64,000 nucleotides of DNA, from assembly GCA_016215455.1 (NCBI GenBank), contig JACRJP010000002.1, forward strand, positions 2,809 through 66,808, read 5' to 3'. Under the pieces are notes generated by a model that searched no databases, was not told the origin of the DNA, and saw only the letters and a list, made by a program, of their open reading frames with translations. Source of the DNA: Candidatus Tayloriibacteriota bacterium. GTDB taxonomy: Bacteria; Patescibacteriota; Minisyncoccia; Phycocordibacterales; PALSA-1337. The position numbers and the translations under genes were made by a program. Positions 38,900 through 48,276 of the stretch are shown piece after piece; positions within the stretch are counted from its first letter, which is position 1, and every line of letters starts with the position of its first letter.

Positions 38900-40009
38900 A
38901 TGATGATCCATCATATGACAACATCGACTACCGCTCCGAGCGAGACTCGCTGGTCACTCTACACCTCCCCTACAACTACATGGGAAGCAATATTTGCAGC
39001 ATGCGAACAAGCGACACAAAGTATTGATTTAGAACAATTTATTTTCGTCGATGACGAAATCGGAAGAAAACTTCTTGATATTTGTGCAACAAAGGCACAA
39101 CAAGGAGTGCGTGTACGTTTACTATGGGACGGTGCAGGAAGTTTTAATCTTTTTGGAAATTTCTTAATCTCAGAACTAAGTCAGAAACATATTCAAGTTG
39201 CCTTTTTTAACACAATACTTCCTCGAGCATTCCACAATCATCGTTGGTGGTTTTTTAGAAATCATCGACGTTCTATTGTAATCGACAAAACTATTGCTTT
39301 TACTGGTAGTTTCTCAATATGGGAAAAAACAAAAGAATGGCGTGATACAACCGTTAGAATTGAAGGGAGTATTGTTGCAAGTATTGAAGCTTCATTTGAG
39401 GTGATGTGGGCACGTGCGCATAATATAAAAACAGATTGGAGTGCACGTGCAGTCTCATCTGAAGATGGTTTCAGTTATGTTACCAATAGTCCTGTTCCTG
39501 GAAAACAGTTCCTCTACCACCGTATCATCGATGCTATTCGTAATGCACGTTCATATATTTGTATCACTACTCCCTATTTTGTCCCCGATCGACGACTTAT
39601 ACGCGTACTCCGACTTGCAGCACGTCGCAATGTCCTCGTACAAATTATTATTCCAGAATCTTCTGATCATCCCGTTGTCGACCTTGGTGCAGAATCATAT
39701 TTCCATGTCTTATTAACCGCTGGTGTCAAAATATTTAGAATTAAACAACCTCTCATTCACAGTAAATCAATTGTTATCGATGATGACTGGGCAACAATTG
39801 GAACAATGAACCTCGATAGTGTGAGTCTCCACTACAATTTCGAAGCAAATATCGTTAGTAACAAGCGTGAATTTGTAGAAGAAATAAAAACAATATTCTA
39901 TCAAGATCTTGAGATCGCAACTGAGGTACAACCACATATTTGGGAATCACGCCCCTTTACCCAAAAATGGCTCGAATTTCTCGTTAGGTTTGTTCGTACT
40001 TTTCTATAA
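38900..40009 (+). CDS. phospholipase D / cardiolipin synthase family protein (two HKD motifs)
   Basis: HRRSIVIDKTIAFTGSFSI and HSKSIVIDDDWATIGTMNLD. Both fit the HxKxxxxD consensus. Confidence 0.8.
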   Translation: MMIHHMTTSTTAPSETRWSLYTSPTTTWEAIFAACEQATQSIDLEQFIFVDDEIGRKLLDICATKAQQGVRVRLLWDGAGSFNLFGNFLISELSQKHIQVAFFNTILPRAFHNHRWWFFRNHRRSIVIDKTIAFTGSFSIWEKTKEWRDTTVRIEGSIVASIEASFEVMWARAHNIKTDWSARAVSSEDGFSYVTNSPVPGKQFLYHRIIDAIRNARSYICITTPYFVPDRRLIRVLRLAARRNVLVQIIIPESSDHPVVDLGAESYFHVLLTAGVKIFRIKQPLIHSKSIVIDDDWATIGTMNLDSVSLHYNFEANIVSNKREFVEEIKTIFYQDLEIATEVQPHIWESRPFTQKWLEFLVRFVRTFL

Positions 40010-40052
40010 AATATAGACAATTAAACCAAATTATGCTTAAATATAACAACAA

Positions 40053-40565
40053 ATGAGCACCCCTAAGGTTCGTATCAATCATCAGATCAAAGCCCCTGAA
40101 CTCCGTGTTATAGGAAGTGAGGGACAAAACTATGGTGTTATCCCTCTTTCTGAGGCTCTTAAGCATGCAGAAGAGGCTCACCTTGATCTTATTGAAATTT
40201 CCCCTACCGCAGTCCCTCCGGTTGCAAAAATCATGGATTATGGTAAATTTCAGTACGACGAGAAGAAGAAACAAAAGGTGGCAAAAGCTCGTACACAGAC
40301 CACTGAACTCAAGAATATTCAGGTAAAAATCGGCACTGGAGAGCACGATCTCGAGCTCAAAGCCAAAAAAGCCTCAGAATGGCTTGCCGAAGGTCATCGT
40401 GTAAAAATCGACCTGTTCCTCATTGGGCGCTCAAAATATATGGATTTTAAATTCCTTAAGGAACGTATGGATCGTATATTTCGTCTCATAACTACTGAAT
40501 ACAAGGTATCAGAAGAACCAAAGAAAGGTCCCAAAGGTCTCACCGCCGTTATTGAAAAGAAGTAA
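40053..40565 (+). CDS. infC: translation initiation factor IF-3
   Basis: 170 aa that matches the IF-3 N- and C-domain consensus. Followed by rpmI and rplT. Confidence 0.9.
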   Translation: MSTPKVRINHQIKAPELRVIGSEGQNYGVIPLSEALKHAEEAHLDLIEISPTAVPPVAKIMDYGKFQYDEKKKQKVAKARTQTTELKNIQVKIGTGEHDLELKAKKASEWLAEGHRVKIDLFLIGRSKYMDFKFLKERMDRIFRLITTEYKVSEEPKKGPKGLTAVIEKK

Positions 40566-40592
40566 GTTAGAACTAGCTATAGCAAAAATTTT

Positions 40593-40781
40593 ATGATGAA
40601 AACAAACAAATCTTATATGAAGCGGCTTAAGATCACTAAGAACAAGAAGATCTTAGCTCGAGCACCTGGACAGAACCATTTTAATTCAAAAGAAAGTCGC
40701 CGAAGTCAGCTCAATAAGAAGCGAATGGGTAACTTCCCTATCAGTAACAAGGCAAAGACACGACTTTTGGTGAATGCTTAA
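40593..40781 (+). CDS. rpmI: 50S ribosomal protein L35
   Basis: 62-aa basic protein (MKTNKSYMKRLKITKNKKI...). Confidence 0.85.
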   Translation: MMKTNKSYMKRLKITKNKKILARAPGQNHFNSKESRRSQLNKKRMGNFPISNKAKTRLLVNA

Positions 40782-40807
40782 TTAATCAGAACTATTAGAA
40801 AACTAAC

Positions 40808-41152
40808 ATGGTACGAGTAAAGAAAGGTGTTAACGCACTTAAAACACGAAGAAATATATTAAAGCAGGTAAAAGGCTATCGTTTTCGTCGAAGTAAGACT
40901 GAACGAGCTGCATACGAAGCTATCTCACACGCTGGTGCATATGCTTTTGCACACCGACGAGACAAGAAGGGTGACTTCCGCCGAGTATGGAATGTGAAGA
41001 TCAACGCAGCCCTACGACCATTGGGTATGTCATACAGTAAGTTCATGGGAGCAGTAAAGAAGAATAAGATTGAACTCGATCGAAAATCTCTCGCAACTCT
41101 CGCTGAATTCCACCCAAAGACATTCGAAGCAGTAGCAAAGAAGGTTGCGTAA
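40808..41152 (+). CDS. rplT: 50S ribosomal protein L20
   Basis: N-terminus MVRVKKGVNALKTRRNILKQVKGYRFRRSK... Confidence 0.9.
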   Translation: MVRVKKGVNALKTRRNILKQVKGYRFRRSKTERAAYEAISHAGAYAFAHRRDKKGDFRRVWNVKINAALRPLGMSYSKFMGAVKKNKIELDRKSLATLAEFHPKTFEAVAKKVA

Positions 41153-41167
41153 TATCTACAAGACCAA

Positions 41168-41205
41168 ACAAAAAAACTACCGCAAGGTAGTTTTTTTGTT
41201 TGTAA
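41168..41205 (+). terminator. rho-independent terminator after rplT
   Basis: A7 run, stem CTACC/GGTAG with loop GCAA, then T7 run. Confidence 0.7.
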
Positions 41206-41238
41206 TTAAAAAGGGTTAGTCGAATCAAAGGAGGCTGA

Positions 41239-41577
41239 TTACGCCAACTGTTCCTGGAGCACAGCGGCTCGAGAAAGCGCTGCGTAGTCATTCTCCATTG
41301 GTTCTGTTTCGACCGCACCGCCGAACCAAGGCAAACCGAAATGAGCGAAGGCAAGCTTCAATGTCTCGATGGCGTCCTCATAAGCGAGGCGCACAAGATC
41401 ACCGATTTCAGACAATTCCTGACGACAGAACTCAGCAATTTCGCCACCGAACATCTCCGAGACCCGAGAAAGGAAGGTTCCTTTCGCCGGACGGTAGAGA
41501 CGGTGGTCCAATTGATGATGAAGGATCGTCTTCTTGTTGGAATGATGACGTGCTGAGGATTTGCGGTGAGCACTCAT
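41239..41577 (-). CDS. hypothetical protein in a GC-rich islet
   Basis: The open frame has visibly higher GC than its surroundings. I trimmed the start to the ATG at 41577 to avoid overlapping the stop of the upstream gene. No recognised motif. Confidence 0.35.
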   Translation of the reverse strand: MSAHRKSSARHHSNKKTILHHQLDHRLYRPAKGTFLSRVSEMFGGEIAEFCRQELSEIGDLVRLAYEDAIETLKLAFAHFGLPWFGGAVETEPMENDYAALSRAAVLQEQLA

Positions 41578-41660
41578 GACTTCGGGGGGTGTAATATTTG
41601 AGAGAACACCAGTTATGGTAACTGGATAATTCACGAGGACATCTGGATAGGGATTATACA

Positions 41661-43034
41661 CTAAATCAGTTCATATGTCACCCCCTTCTCAGGACACACG
41701 GTGGATATCCCTATCTCATCATGAAGACGCTGGGCAAGGAATAATGCGGACTTTGGCTCCCCCATTGCAATGAATACCTTCTTCAAACTCGAAGCTCCTG
41801 TTGCAACAAACTTCACAAGATTATCAGAATCCTTATGAGCTGAATATCCAAATATTTCTTCGATATGAGCACGCACCGGAACTTTCTCTCCATCAATACT
41901 TACTTTCTTTTCTCCGTTCTGAAGAAGTCTTCCGAGAGTTCCAAGTGGTTGGTATCCAACAAGAAGAATTGTATTTTTTGCTTCAGGAAGATATGCAGAT
42001 TCATGTTGGCGCACACGACCACCGGAAGACATTCCTGAACCAGCGATGATAATCTTCGCATCCATATTTCGATCAATCGACTGAGAATCCTTACTATTCG
42101 CTACAAATTTTAATCGAGGAAAGGCAAACACATCATCCCCTCCCTTAATACGCTTCTGTGTTTCTTCATTAAATACATGAGTATTTGATCGATACACTTC
42201 AGTTACTTTTGTTGCAAGTGGTGAGTCGATATATACAGGTAATTCAGGAACAGCCCCTGATTCAACAACGTCATTAAGCTCATACAACAATACTTGTGTT
42301 CGTTCTACTGAAAAAGCAGGGATCACAAGAGTACCTCCCCGCGAAAATGTATCCTGAATAACCTTAATTAATTTAGCTCGACGCTCATCCTTTGATTCAT
42401 GGTTACGATCACCATAGACACTTTCCATAATAAGATACTCAGCACCTTCGATTGACTCAGTATCACGAAGTAATGGACTTGGAGAATTTCCAAGATCTCC
42501 TGTAAACACAACCTTTGTAATTCCCTTCTCCACTGTAAAAGAACACTCAAACATTGATGAACCGAGAATATGTCCCGCGTCTTTTGCATACAGAGAAAAA
42601 CCTTCGTACAACATAACTGGTGTATGGTATTCAATGGTCTTCCACATAGTTAGAGCCTTAGCCACATCTTCCTTATCATATATAGTAAGTACTCCTTTCT
42701 GACGGGCATCTTTTTCAAGTAATATCACCGCATCTTCCATGATGTATTGAGCAATAGCAAATGTTTGTGAGGTTGAATAAATAACACCCTTAAATCCATC
42801 CTTCACCAATTTTCCAATACGACCAACATGATCGAGATGACCATGAGTAACAAGCAGGATGTCTATCCCTGCAGGATCATACGCAAATGGCTTATGATTT
42901 TCAGCATCAGCTTCCGGACTTCCTTGAGCTAAACCACAATCAACAAGAACTTTTTTACCACCATACTCAATCATGAAGTTTGCTCCAGTAACGCTCCCTA
43001 CCCCTCCGTAGCATGTGAGTTTAGGATTAGACAT
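41661..43034 (-). CDS. MBL-fold beta-CASP family hydrolase (RNase J/CPSF-like RNA-metabolising nuclease)
   Basis: Metallo-beta-lactamase motifs (LVTHGHLDHVG plus downstream His/Asp ligands). The ~450-aa length fits beta-CASP enzymes. Confidence 0.65.
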   Translation of the reverse strand: MSNPKLTCYGGVGSVTGANFMIEYGGKKVLVDCGLAQGSPEADAENHKPFAYDPAGIDILLVTHGHLDHVGRIGKLVKDGFKGVIYSTSQTFAIAQYIMEDAVILLEKDARQKGVLTIYDKEDVAKALTMWKTIEYHTPVMLYEGFSLYAKDAGHILGSSMFECSFTVEKGITKVVFTGDLGNSPSPLLRDTESIEGAEYLIMESVYGDRNHESKDERRAKLIKVIQDTFSRGGTLVIPAFSVERTQVLLYELNDVVESGAVPELPVYIDSPLATKVTEVYRSNTHVFNEETQKRIKGGDDVFAFPRLKFVANSKDSQSIDRNMDAKIIIAGSGMSSGGRVRQHESAYLPEAKNTILLVGYQPLGTLGRLLQNGEKKVSIDGEKVPVRAHIEEIFGYSAHKDSDNLVKFVATGASSLKKVFIAMGEPKSALFLAQRLHDEIGISTVCPEKGVTYELI

Positions 43035-43422
43035 TTTTTCGAGAAATTAACCATGCACCTGCTCCACCAATTATATCGAGAACAATATCAGTCATTGTAT
43101 CTGGCCAATATGATTGACCTGGTAGGACAGCAATATCCGCAATATATTCAAATACCTCCCACACAACACCTATAGCTATAACACCCAAAATGACCACCCA
43201 AAACTTTCGAGTAAATGTAAACCTTGGAAAAATACGTGAGCACAAGACAACACAGAACCCTATAGCAACACCTCCTAAAAAATGGACAAGACTATCGTAT
43301 CCATAAATAGATGCATATGCTCCCTGCATTCCATAAAAATGCGCACCACACACAACTATTGCTCCTAAAAGTGCCACGATATACATTCGCATGTGCTCCA
43401 GTATAGCAGGAAATAGAATCAT
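43027..43422 (-). CDS. small polytopic membrane protein (VanZ-like)
   Basis: 131 aa with 4 TM helices. Conserved E and D residues in WEVFEYI...DIVLDIIGG. Confidence 0.4.
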   Translation of the reverse strand: MILFPAILEHMRMYIVALLGAIVVCGAHFYGMQGAYASIYGYDSLVHFLGGVAIGFCVVLCSRIFPRFTFTRKFWVVILGVIAIGVVWEVFEYIADIAVLPGQSYWPDTMTDIVLDIIGGAGAWLISRKNV

Positions 43423-43660
43423 TCAAAAATATAAAAACACCTCCCTTAGAGGAGGCGTTCTTATGCGGTTACTTGTGTGTTACGACCTAGAGTTGTACTA
43501 GGTGGGTTTCTTCACGGCAAACGCCAAGGCGCGGCCGAATATGAATGCTTCTAGGTTCGTCAGAATCCCGTTAAATTGTTATAGAGGTAACACACGAGCA
43601 ACCTATTTATTATTATATTCTCCCCCGCAAGCAAAACAAGAGTGCATAACTAGTGCGAAA

Positions 43661-44269
43661 CTATTCAAGAATTCCGTCGAGATTGACATCATACAAAATC
43701 TTTTCTTGAACAAGAGTGTAGTTCACAAGCTCTTCAGCCGTGAACCAGTGTTTAATCTCATCTTCTGCTTCTTTTGGAGAGCCTGATGCATGGACGAGAT
43801 TACGTACTGAACGACCATCGGTATCAGTCATCTGGTACGAATCGAGCACAAAGTCACCACGAATTGTCCCGACATCTGATGTGAGAGGTTCAGTACCACC
43901 AGTGATTTTGCGAATGATTTTTACCGCATGCGCACCCTCCCAGACCATAGCAATGACAGGACCAGCGGTGATATATTTTACCAATTTCTTGAGTAGTACT
44001 TCAGTAATCTTAAGAGGATCACTTTCAGGAACAGGAAGACCTTTGTCGATATAACCTTTGATCGTCTTCTCCCCTGTTACACGACGCCACTCTGGATCAA
44101 GAGTATAGTGTTGCTCAACAAGTTCAGCTGTTGGTACCAACATCTTTATTGCCACAAGCTTGAGCCCTACTCTTTCATATCTACCGATAATTTCACCAAT
44201 GAGTGATCGCTGAATTCCATCTGGTTTGATAATGACAAGTGATCGTTCGTATTTGTGGTGTTGTTTCAT
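43661..44269 (-). CDS. ndk: nucleoside diphosphate kinase with a ~50-aa C-terminal extension
   Basis: RSLVIIKPDGIQRSLIGEIIGRYERVGLKLVAIK... and the catalytic-His context NLVHASGSPKEAEDEIKHWF. 202 aa, compared with about 140 typical. Confidence 0.8.
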   Translation of the reverse strand: MKQHHKYERSLVIIKPDGIQRSLIGEIIGRYERVGLKLVAIKMLVPTAELVEQHYTLDPEWRRVTGEKTIKGYIDKGLPVPESDPLKITEVLLKKLVKYITAGPVIAMVWEGAHAVKIIRKITGGTEPLTSDVGTIRGDFVLDSYQMTDTDGRSVRNLVHASGSPKEAEDEIKHWFTAEELVNYTLVQEKILYDVNLDGILE

Positions 44270-44310
44270 AAAGTCATTATACAGAATATGCTTCAGAATT
44301 TACATACCTC

Positions 44311-44991
44311 CTACTTCGGAGGTTCTTTCTCTAAAAGTCCCTGCTTATAAAGTTTTCGTTCTGCATCATTAAACTCTTTTACAGTTTTCTTGATCTGAGG
44401 GTTAATATAGAAATAATGACGTGCTTCAATTTCTGCTGAAGCTGCATCAATAGCTGTGATGTAGAACGATTCACCGTATCGTTCATCTCGCATGACATAT
44501 GATTGAGGTGAATCTTGCATGCTAAATAATTTCATTTCACCGTCTTCAACAATAACTGTCTTACCTGTTGGATTAAATCCTTCTTGTACTTGTCTCTTCA
44601 TCTTTGCTTGGTGATCCTCAAGATTAAGCCATTTAAAAAGCCACCTATGATCCTTCACCTCTTGTGCTGTTGGGTGCATATCATCAAATTCACGACTAAT
44701 ATATCGTGCAATATCCTCATCGGAATATCCGACATCATGAAGATCGGTACTCAATCGAAACAACTTCGCCTCAGAACCCTCATTTGCAAACGTATCAATC
44801 TCCACACGAGCTTTGGTTGGCGAATCAACTCCAGACTGACGATACGTGTCTGATGCTTGTAAAGTATCAGGTGACATATACCCCATTGCAATTGCAGCGG
44901 CTAGACTTACCGTCTTCTTTATTGAATGCATGAATCCTTTTTCAGGTTTTTCCTCTACAGACTCTTCATGAGACTGAATAAATTTTTCCAT
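44311..44991 (-). CDS. hypothetical signal-anchored protein in the ATPase operon
   Basis: 226 aa with an N-terminal TM helix (VSLAAAIAMGYM) and an acidic soluble domain. Confidence 0.45.
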   Translation of the reverse strand: MEKFIQSHEESVEEKPEKGFMHSIKKTVSLAAAIAMGYMSPDTLQASDTYRQSGVDSPTKARVEIDTFANEGSEAKLFRLSTDLHDVGYSDEDIARYISREFDDMHPTAQEVKDHRWLFKWLNLEDHQAKMKRQVQEGFNPTGKTVIVEDGEMKLFSMQDSPQSYVMRDERYGESFYITAIDAASAEIEARHYFYINPQIKKTVKEFNDAERKLYKQGLLEKEPPK

Positions 44992-44995
44992 AGGA

Positions 44996-47902
44996 TTAGA
45001 TTGGGAGATTTACAGGAGGTTGTTGTGTAGGTTTCGATACCGGAACATCAGAGGTTCGTGATACTGGTGGGGTATCCACAACGAAGCGTGGAGTCGTATT
45101 AAGTGGGGTGCGAGGTACTGTCGGAGTCGCAGATGGTAGTTTTGGACGTTCATACTTCTTCATGACCTCACTTTCAACAATACTTCGTTCACGACCATAC
45201 TTCAAATATGAGAGTTCCTTAAGATTTGGAACAATTCCCTTGTCACCCGCTACTGGAGCGATAGTTTCAATATCAAAGGGTTTAATTGGTTGACCATTTG
45301 AGAGGATCTTGAGATACGCATGACGGTTCTCAATATTCATGAGGTCTTTTGCAGTAAAGACTGGTGAGAACTGCTTTTCAAGATATTCAGCATCGTCAGC
45401 ACCTACACGAAATACTGCCATTGAACCGACGTTACCGAACACTGAATCACGAATACCCTCTTCAAGTTGGGCGATAAACTGATGCGCGATATTAAGTGAC
45501 AACTTATACTTTCGAGCTTCAGACAAAATGGTTGAAATAGAATTTGTTGTAACATTCTGGAATTCATCGATATACAAATAGAATGATGGCAAATTCTGAC
45601 CGAGTGAATCAACACGTGAAAGTGCTGCCATAAGAATTTTACCCACAAGAATGAGACCAATGAGATTAGCATTGATATCTCCAAGACGTCCCTTTGAAAG
45701 ATTAACCAAAAGAATCTTCTTTGAGTCCATGATCTCACGGAAATTAAACGTCGATTTCTCTTGAGCAACAATCGGACGCATAATATCATTCGACAAAAAC
45801 ACATCGAATTTACTTGTGATATACGGCACAATATTTGAAAGAGATGCTTCCCCTCCCGCCTTCTCAGCGACATCTCTCCAGAACTGAACAACAATTGGAT
45901 TCTTACATCGTGAAAGTTTAAGTTCACGATATTGTTTCTGAGCAAGAACGCGTGATACATCAAGGAGTGTATTTCCTGATTCAGGATCTTCCATGACAAG
46001 AAGTACTGCGTTACGGAAATACTGCTCAAACATTGGACCTCCTGCCGTCTTCATATCAAACAACTTATTAAATATCGACAACATCTCATTCACCACGAAT
46101 GTTTTTTGTTCAGGATATCGAGCATCAAACTCAAGCATGTTGAGTCCCATCGGGCGATCGGTGTATCCAGGATCAAAATAAATAACGTCTTCATATCGAT
46201 GTCGTGGAATCGCAGCTAGAATATCCTGGATGTCAGAGCCGTGAGGGTCAATCATACACACACCGTCTCCCCTCTCAATATCCTGAATGATCATGTTCTT
46301 GAGAAGTGTTGTCTTACCGGTACCTGTCTGACCAATAGCGTAGAAGTGGCGTAGACGATCTTCATCAGTAAGGAATATTTTTGTTGTGATATTTCGATGG
46401 TGATTAAGACCGAGCACAGTACCTTGCTGTGGCAAATCGATTGGTGCAGGAGCACCACCAGCCTTTGATATTTTGAGTTGAGGAGCTGTTCGTATAACCG
46501 TTGATGGAAAATGGACCATACTTGTAAGTTCTCGGAAACTTAGAGGAATCTTCTGATCCTCATCAAAAAGACGGAAAGTAAAATCATGAATACCGTGTGC
46601 TAGACCATTACCAATCAAACGATTAAATCGAATTCGATTTCCGGTTGGATTATCAAATTGATTAAATGCAGATTCAATCTCCCCCAACACATTACTTGCA
46701 GTCATTTCATCTTTAGCTGATGCGACAATACGAATATTCGCCAAGACAATTGGACTTGAAATTTTATTCTTAATATTCTCAACTGCAATCGCATCAACAG
46801 GAACAGTTTCTTCCTCCTTCTTTTCAGAAAAAGTTTTTACAATATCCTTACCAAATGCCCATATATGTTCAAACTTAGACTCAGGTATATCAATCGCTTC
46901 TTTAACCTTTGTTCCTTTATTAATCTTATCAATTGCCTTCTTGTACGCTCCTGTGTACTTATCACCACAAGGATTAAATATCATCTGAAGAGCTGCCCCC
47001 TGACCATCCTTAGCTATCTTTGAAAATGAATTGAGAATAACATTGAGTGGATCATGATCAAATTGTTCATATGTCTTGAGAGAAAATATCGGCTTACGAC
47101 CTGACATAGCATACGACATTTTGGTAACACCCTTTTCAGAAAAGATATTATAATCATCTTTTTTCTCAACTATCTTTGCATTATGGAAGATAGAGAGAAT
47201 CTGTTTTTCAAGAAGATTCCTTTTTGTATCATGGACAGCGACATAGAAAACAAACTCATCGCTATGATTCGCTACTGCAATTTCAAAAGCAAAAAAATTG
47301 GTACCATCCTGATTATCATCATTAACCGACAACATACCTGCATAGAATTGTTCCATTGATGAGACAAGTTCTTTGAGATTCTTTTGCTCAGCATCCTTGC
47401 CCGCTTCAGGAAGTGTCACTTCATAGAGAGTTACTTTCAATGCACGATACAAAGAGTCGCTTTCTTTAAGACCTGGAATAGGAAAACCTGCCTTAATATA
47501 CTGCACAAGAAAACGTTCGAAGTCATCCTCAATATGTGGATCCTTCAGATTTTTTACAATTGTAAGAGCGTTTTTAAAACCTTTTTCTCGAAAGATTCCA
47601 ACAAGTTCAGCCATCGTATCATCATGCGTCTCGGGAGTAAGTTCAAGAACAATAGCCTCGGTTTCGCGTGCTGAAGCAGCATACTCCGGATGCAACACTT
47701 CCCCTGGATGAACTTGACCGTACTCTTTAATAACCTCACGTGCAATATGAGACTGTTCAGAAGAAGAGATGTTGGCAAGTTTACCTTCAACTTTACGCGA
47801 TGCTAGTTCACGTTCTTTTTCAGCAACTTGAGCACGTAGATATGCAAGCTCCTGTTCAGGATTACGAAGACCCGCTTGAATATCAAGAGAAAACTTTTCC
47901 AT
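44996..47902 (-). CDS. large soluble P-loop ATPase of the FtsK/HerA/T4CP (TraG-VirD4)/VirB4-like class, with a ~480-aa N-terminal domain and a Pro-rich tail
   Basis: 968 aa. Walker A HFYAIGQTGTGKTT. About 260 aa downstream is a Walker B-like motif YLYIDEFQN, followed by AHQ. No TM helix. The C-terminal ~60 aa are Pro/Thr-rich. Confidence 0.6.
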   Translation of the reverse strand: MEKFSLDIQAGLRNPEQELAYLRAQVAEKERELASRKVEGKLANISSSEQSHIAREVIKEYGQVHPGEVLHPEYAASARETEAIVLELTPETHDDTMAELVGIFREKGFKNALTIVKNLKDPHIEDDFERFLVQYIKAGFPIPGLKESDSLYRALKVTLYEVTLPEAGKDAEQKNLKELVSSMEQFYAGMLSVNDDNQDGTNFFAFEIAVANHSDEFVFYVAVHDTKRNLLEKQILSIFHNAKIVEKKDDYNIFSEKGVTKMSYAMSGRKPIFSLKTYEQFDHDPLNVILNSFSKIAKDGQGAALQMIFNPCGDKYTGAYKKAIDKINKGTKVKEAIDIPESKFEHIWAFGKDIVKTFSEKKEEETVPVDAIAVENIKNKISSPIVLANIRIVASAKDEMTASNVLGEIESAFNQFDNPTGNRIRFNRLIGNGLAHGIHDFTFRLFDEDQKIPLSFRELTSMVHFPSTVIRTAPQLKISKAGGAPAPIDLPQQGTVLGLNHHRNITTKIFLTDEDRLRHFYAIGQTGTGKTTLLKNMIIQDIERGDGVCMIDPHGSDIQDILAAIPRHRYEDVIYFDPGYTDRPMGLNMLEFDARYPEQKTFVVNEMLSIFNKLFDMKTAGGPMFEQYFRNAVLLVMEDPESGNTLLDVSRVLAQKQYRELKLSRCKNPIVVQFWRDVAEKAGGEASLSNIVPYITSKFDVFLSNDIMRPIVAQEKSTFNFREIMDSKKILLVNLSKGRLGDINANLIGLILVGKILMAALSRVDSLGQNLPSFYLYIDEFQNVTTNSISTILSEARKYKLSLNIAHQFIAQLEEGIRDSVFGNVGSMAVFRVGADDAEYLEKQFSPVFTAKDLMNIENRHAYLKILSNGQPIKPFDIETIAPVAGDKGIVPNLKELSYLKYGRERSIVESEVMKKYERPKLPSATPTVPRTPLNTTPRFVVDTPPVSRTSDVPVSKPTQQPPVNLPI

Positions 47903-47983
47903 GTCCTCTATTATACCCTACCTATATCAAACAAAAATTGCCCTCAGAGCAATTTTTGTTGATAACAAATATAACTCGAGTGG

Positions 47984-48271
47984 TTATTTTGCAAGCTTCC
48001 CTCGCACACCCATGAGATTGATCTTATCATCAGCTTCGGTACTTGCTTTTTTAAGTTCCCGAAGTCCCTCTACTACATTCTCAAGCACAGCCTTATATCT
48101 TCGGTTAATTGCGTTATCGAGCTTAAGCTTTGCAACAGCAAGTTGTGTATACACTGCCCCTTGTTCTGCTTCAGATAAGTCTGCCGCAAACATTTCAGCA
48201 ATCATTGCTTTTGCTTCATCAATTTTCTTTGCCTCGAGAAGAGCTTCGAATTTTTCAGTATTAAATGTCAT
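47984..48271 (-). CDS. small alpha-helical protein (95 aa) in the ATPase operon
   Basis: Charged, helical and probably coiled-coil. Positioned between the 424-aa and 968-aa genes. Confidence 0.4.
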   Translation of the reverse strand: MTFNTEKFEALLEAKKIDEAKAMIAEMFAADLSEAEQGAVYTQLAVAKLKLDNAINRRYKAVLENVVEGLRELKKASTEADDKINLMGVRGKLAK

Positions 48272-48276
48272 GGTGA

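Noticed and set aside
45403-46029. 208-aa plus-strand ORF and other antisense ORFs inside large genes (for example 7032..7571 in ligA and 31135..31617 in ftsH)
   Set aside because: They lie entirely within confident, motif-bearing minus-strand genes on the opposite strand. Their compositions are low-complexity, as expected for antisense frames.
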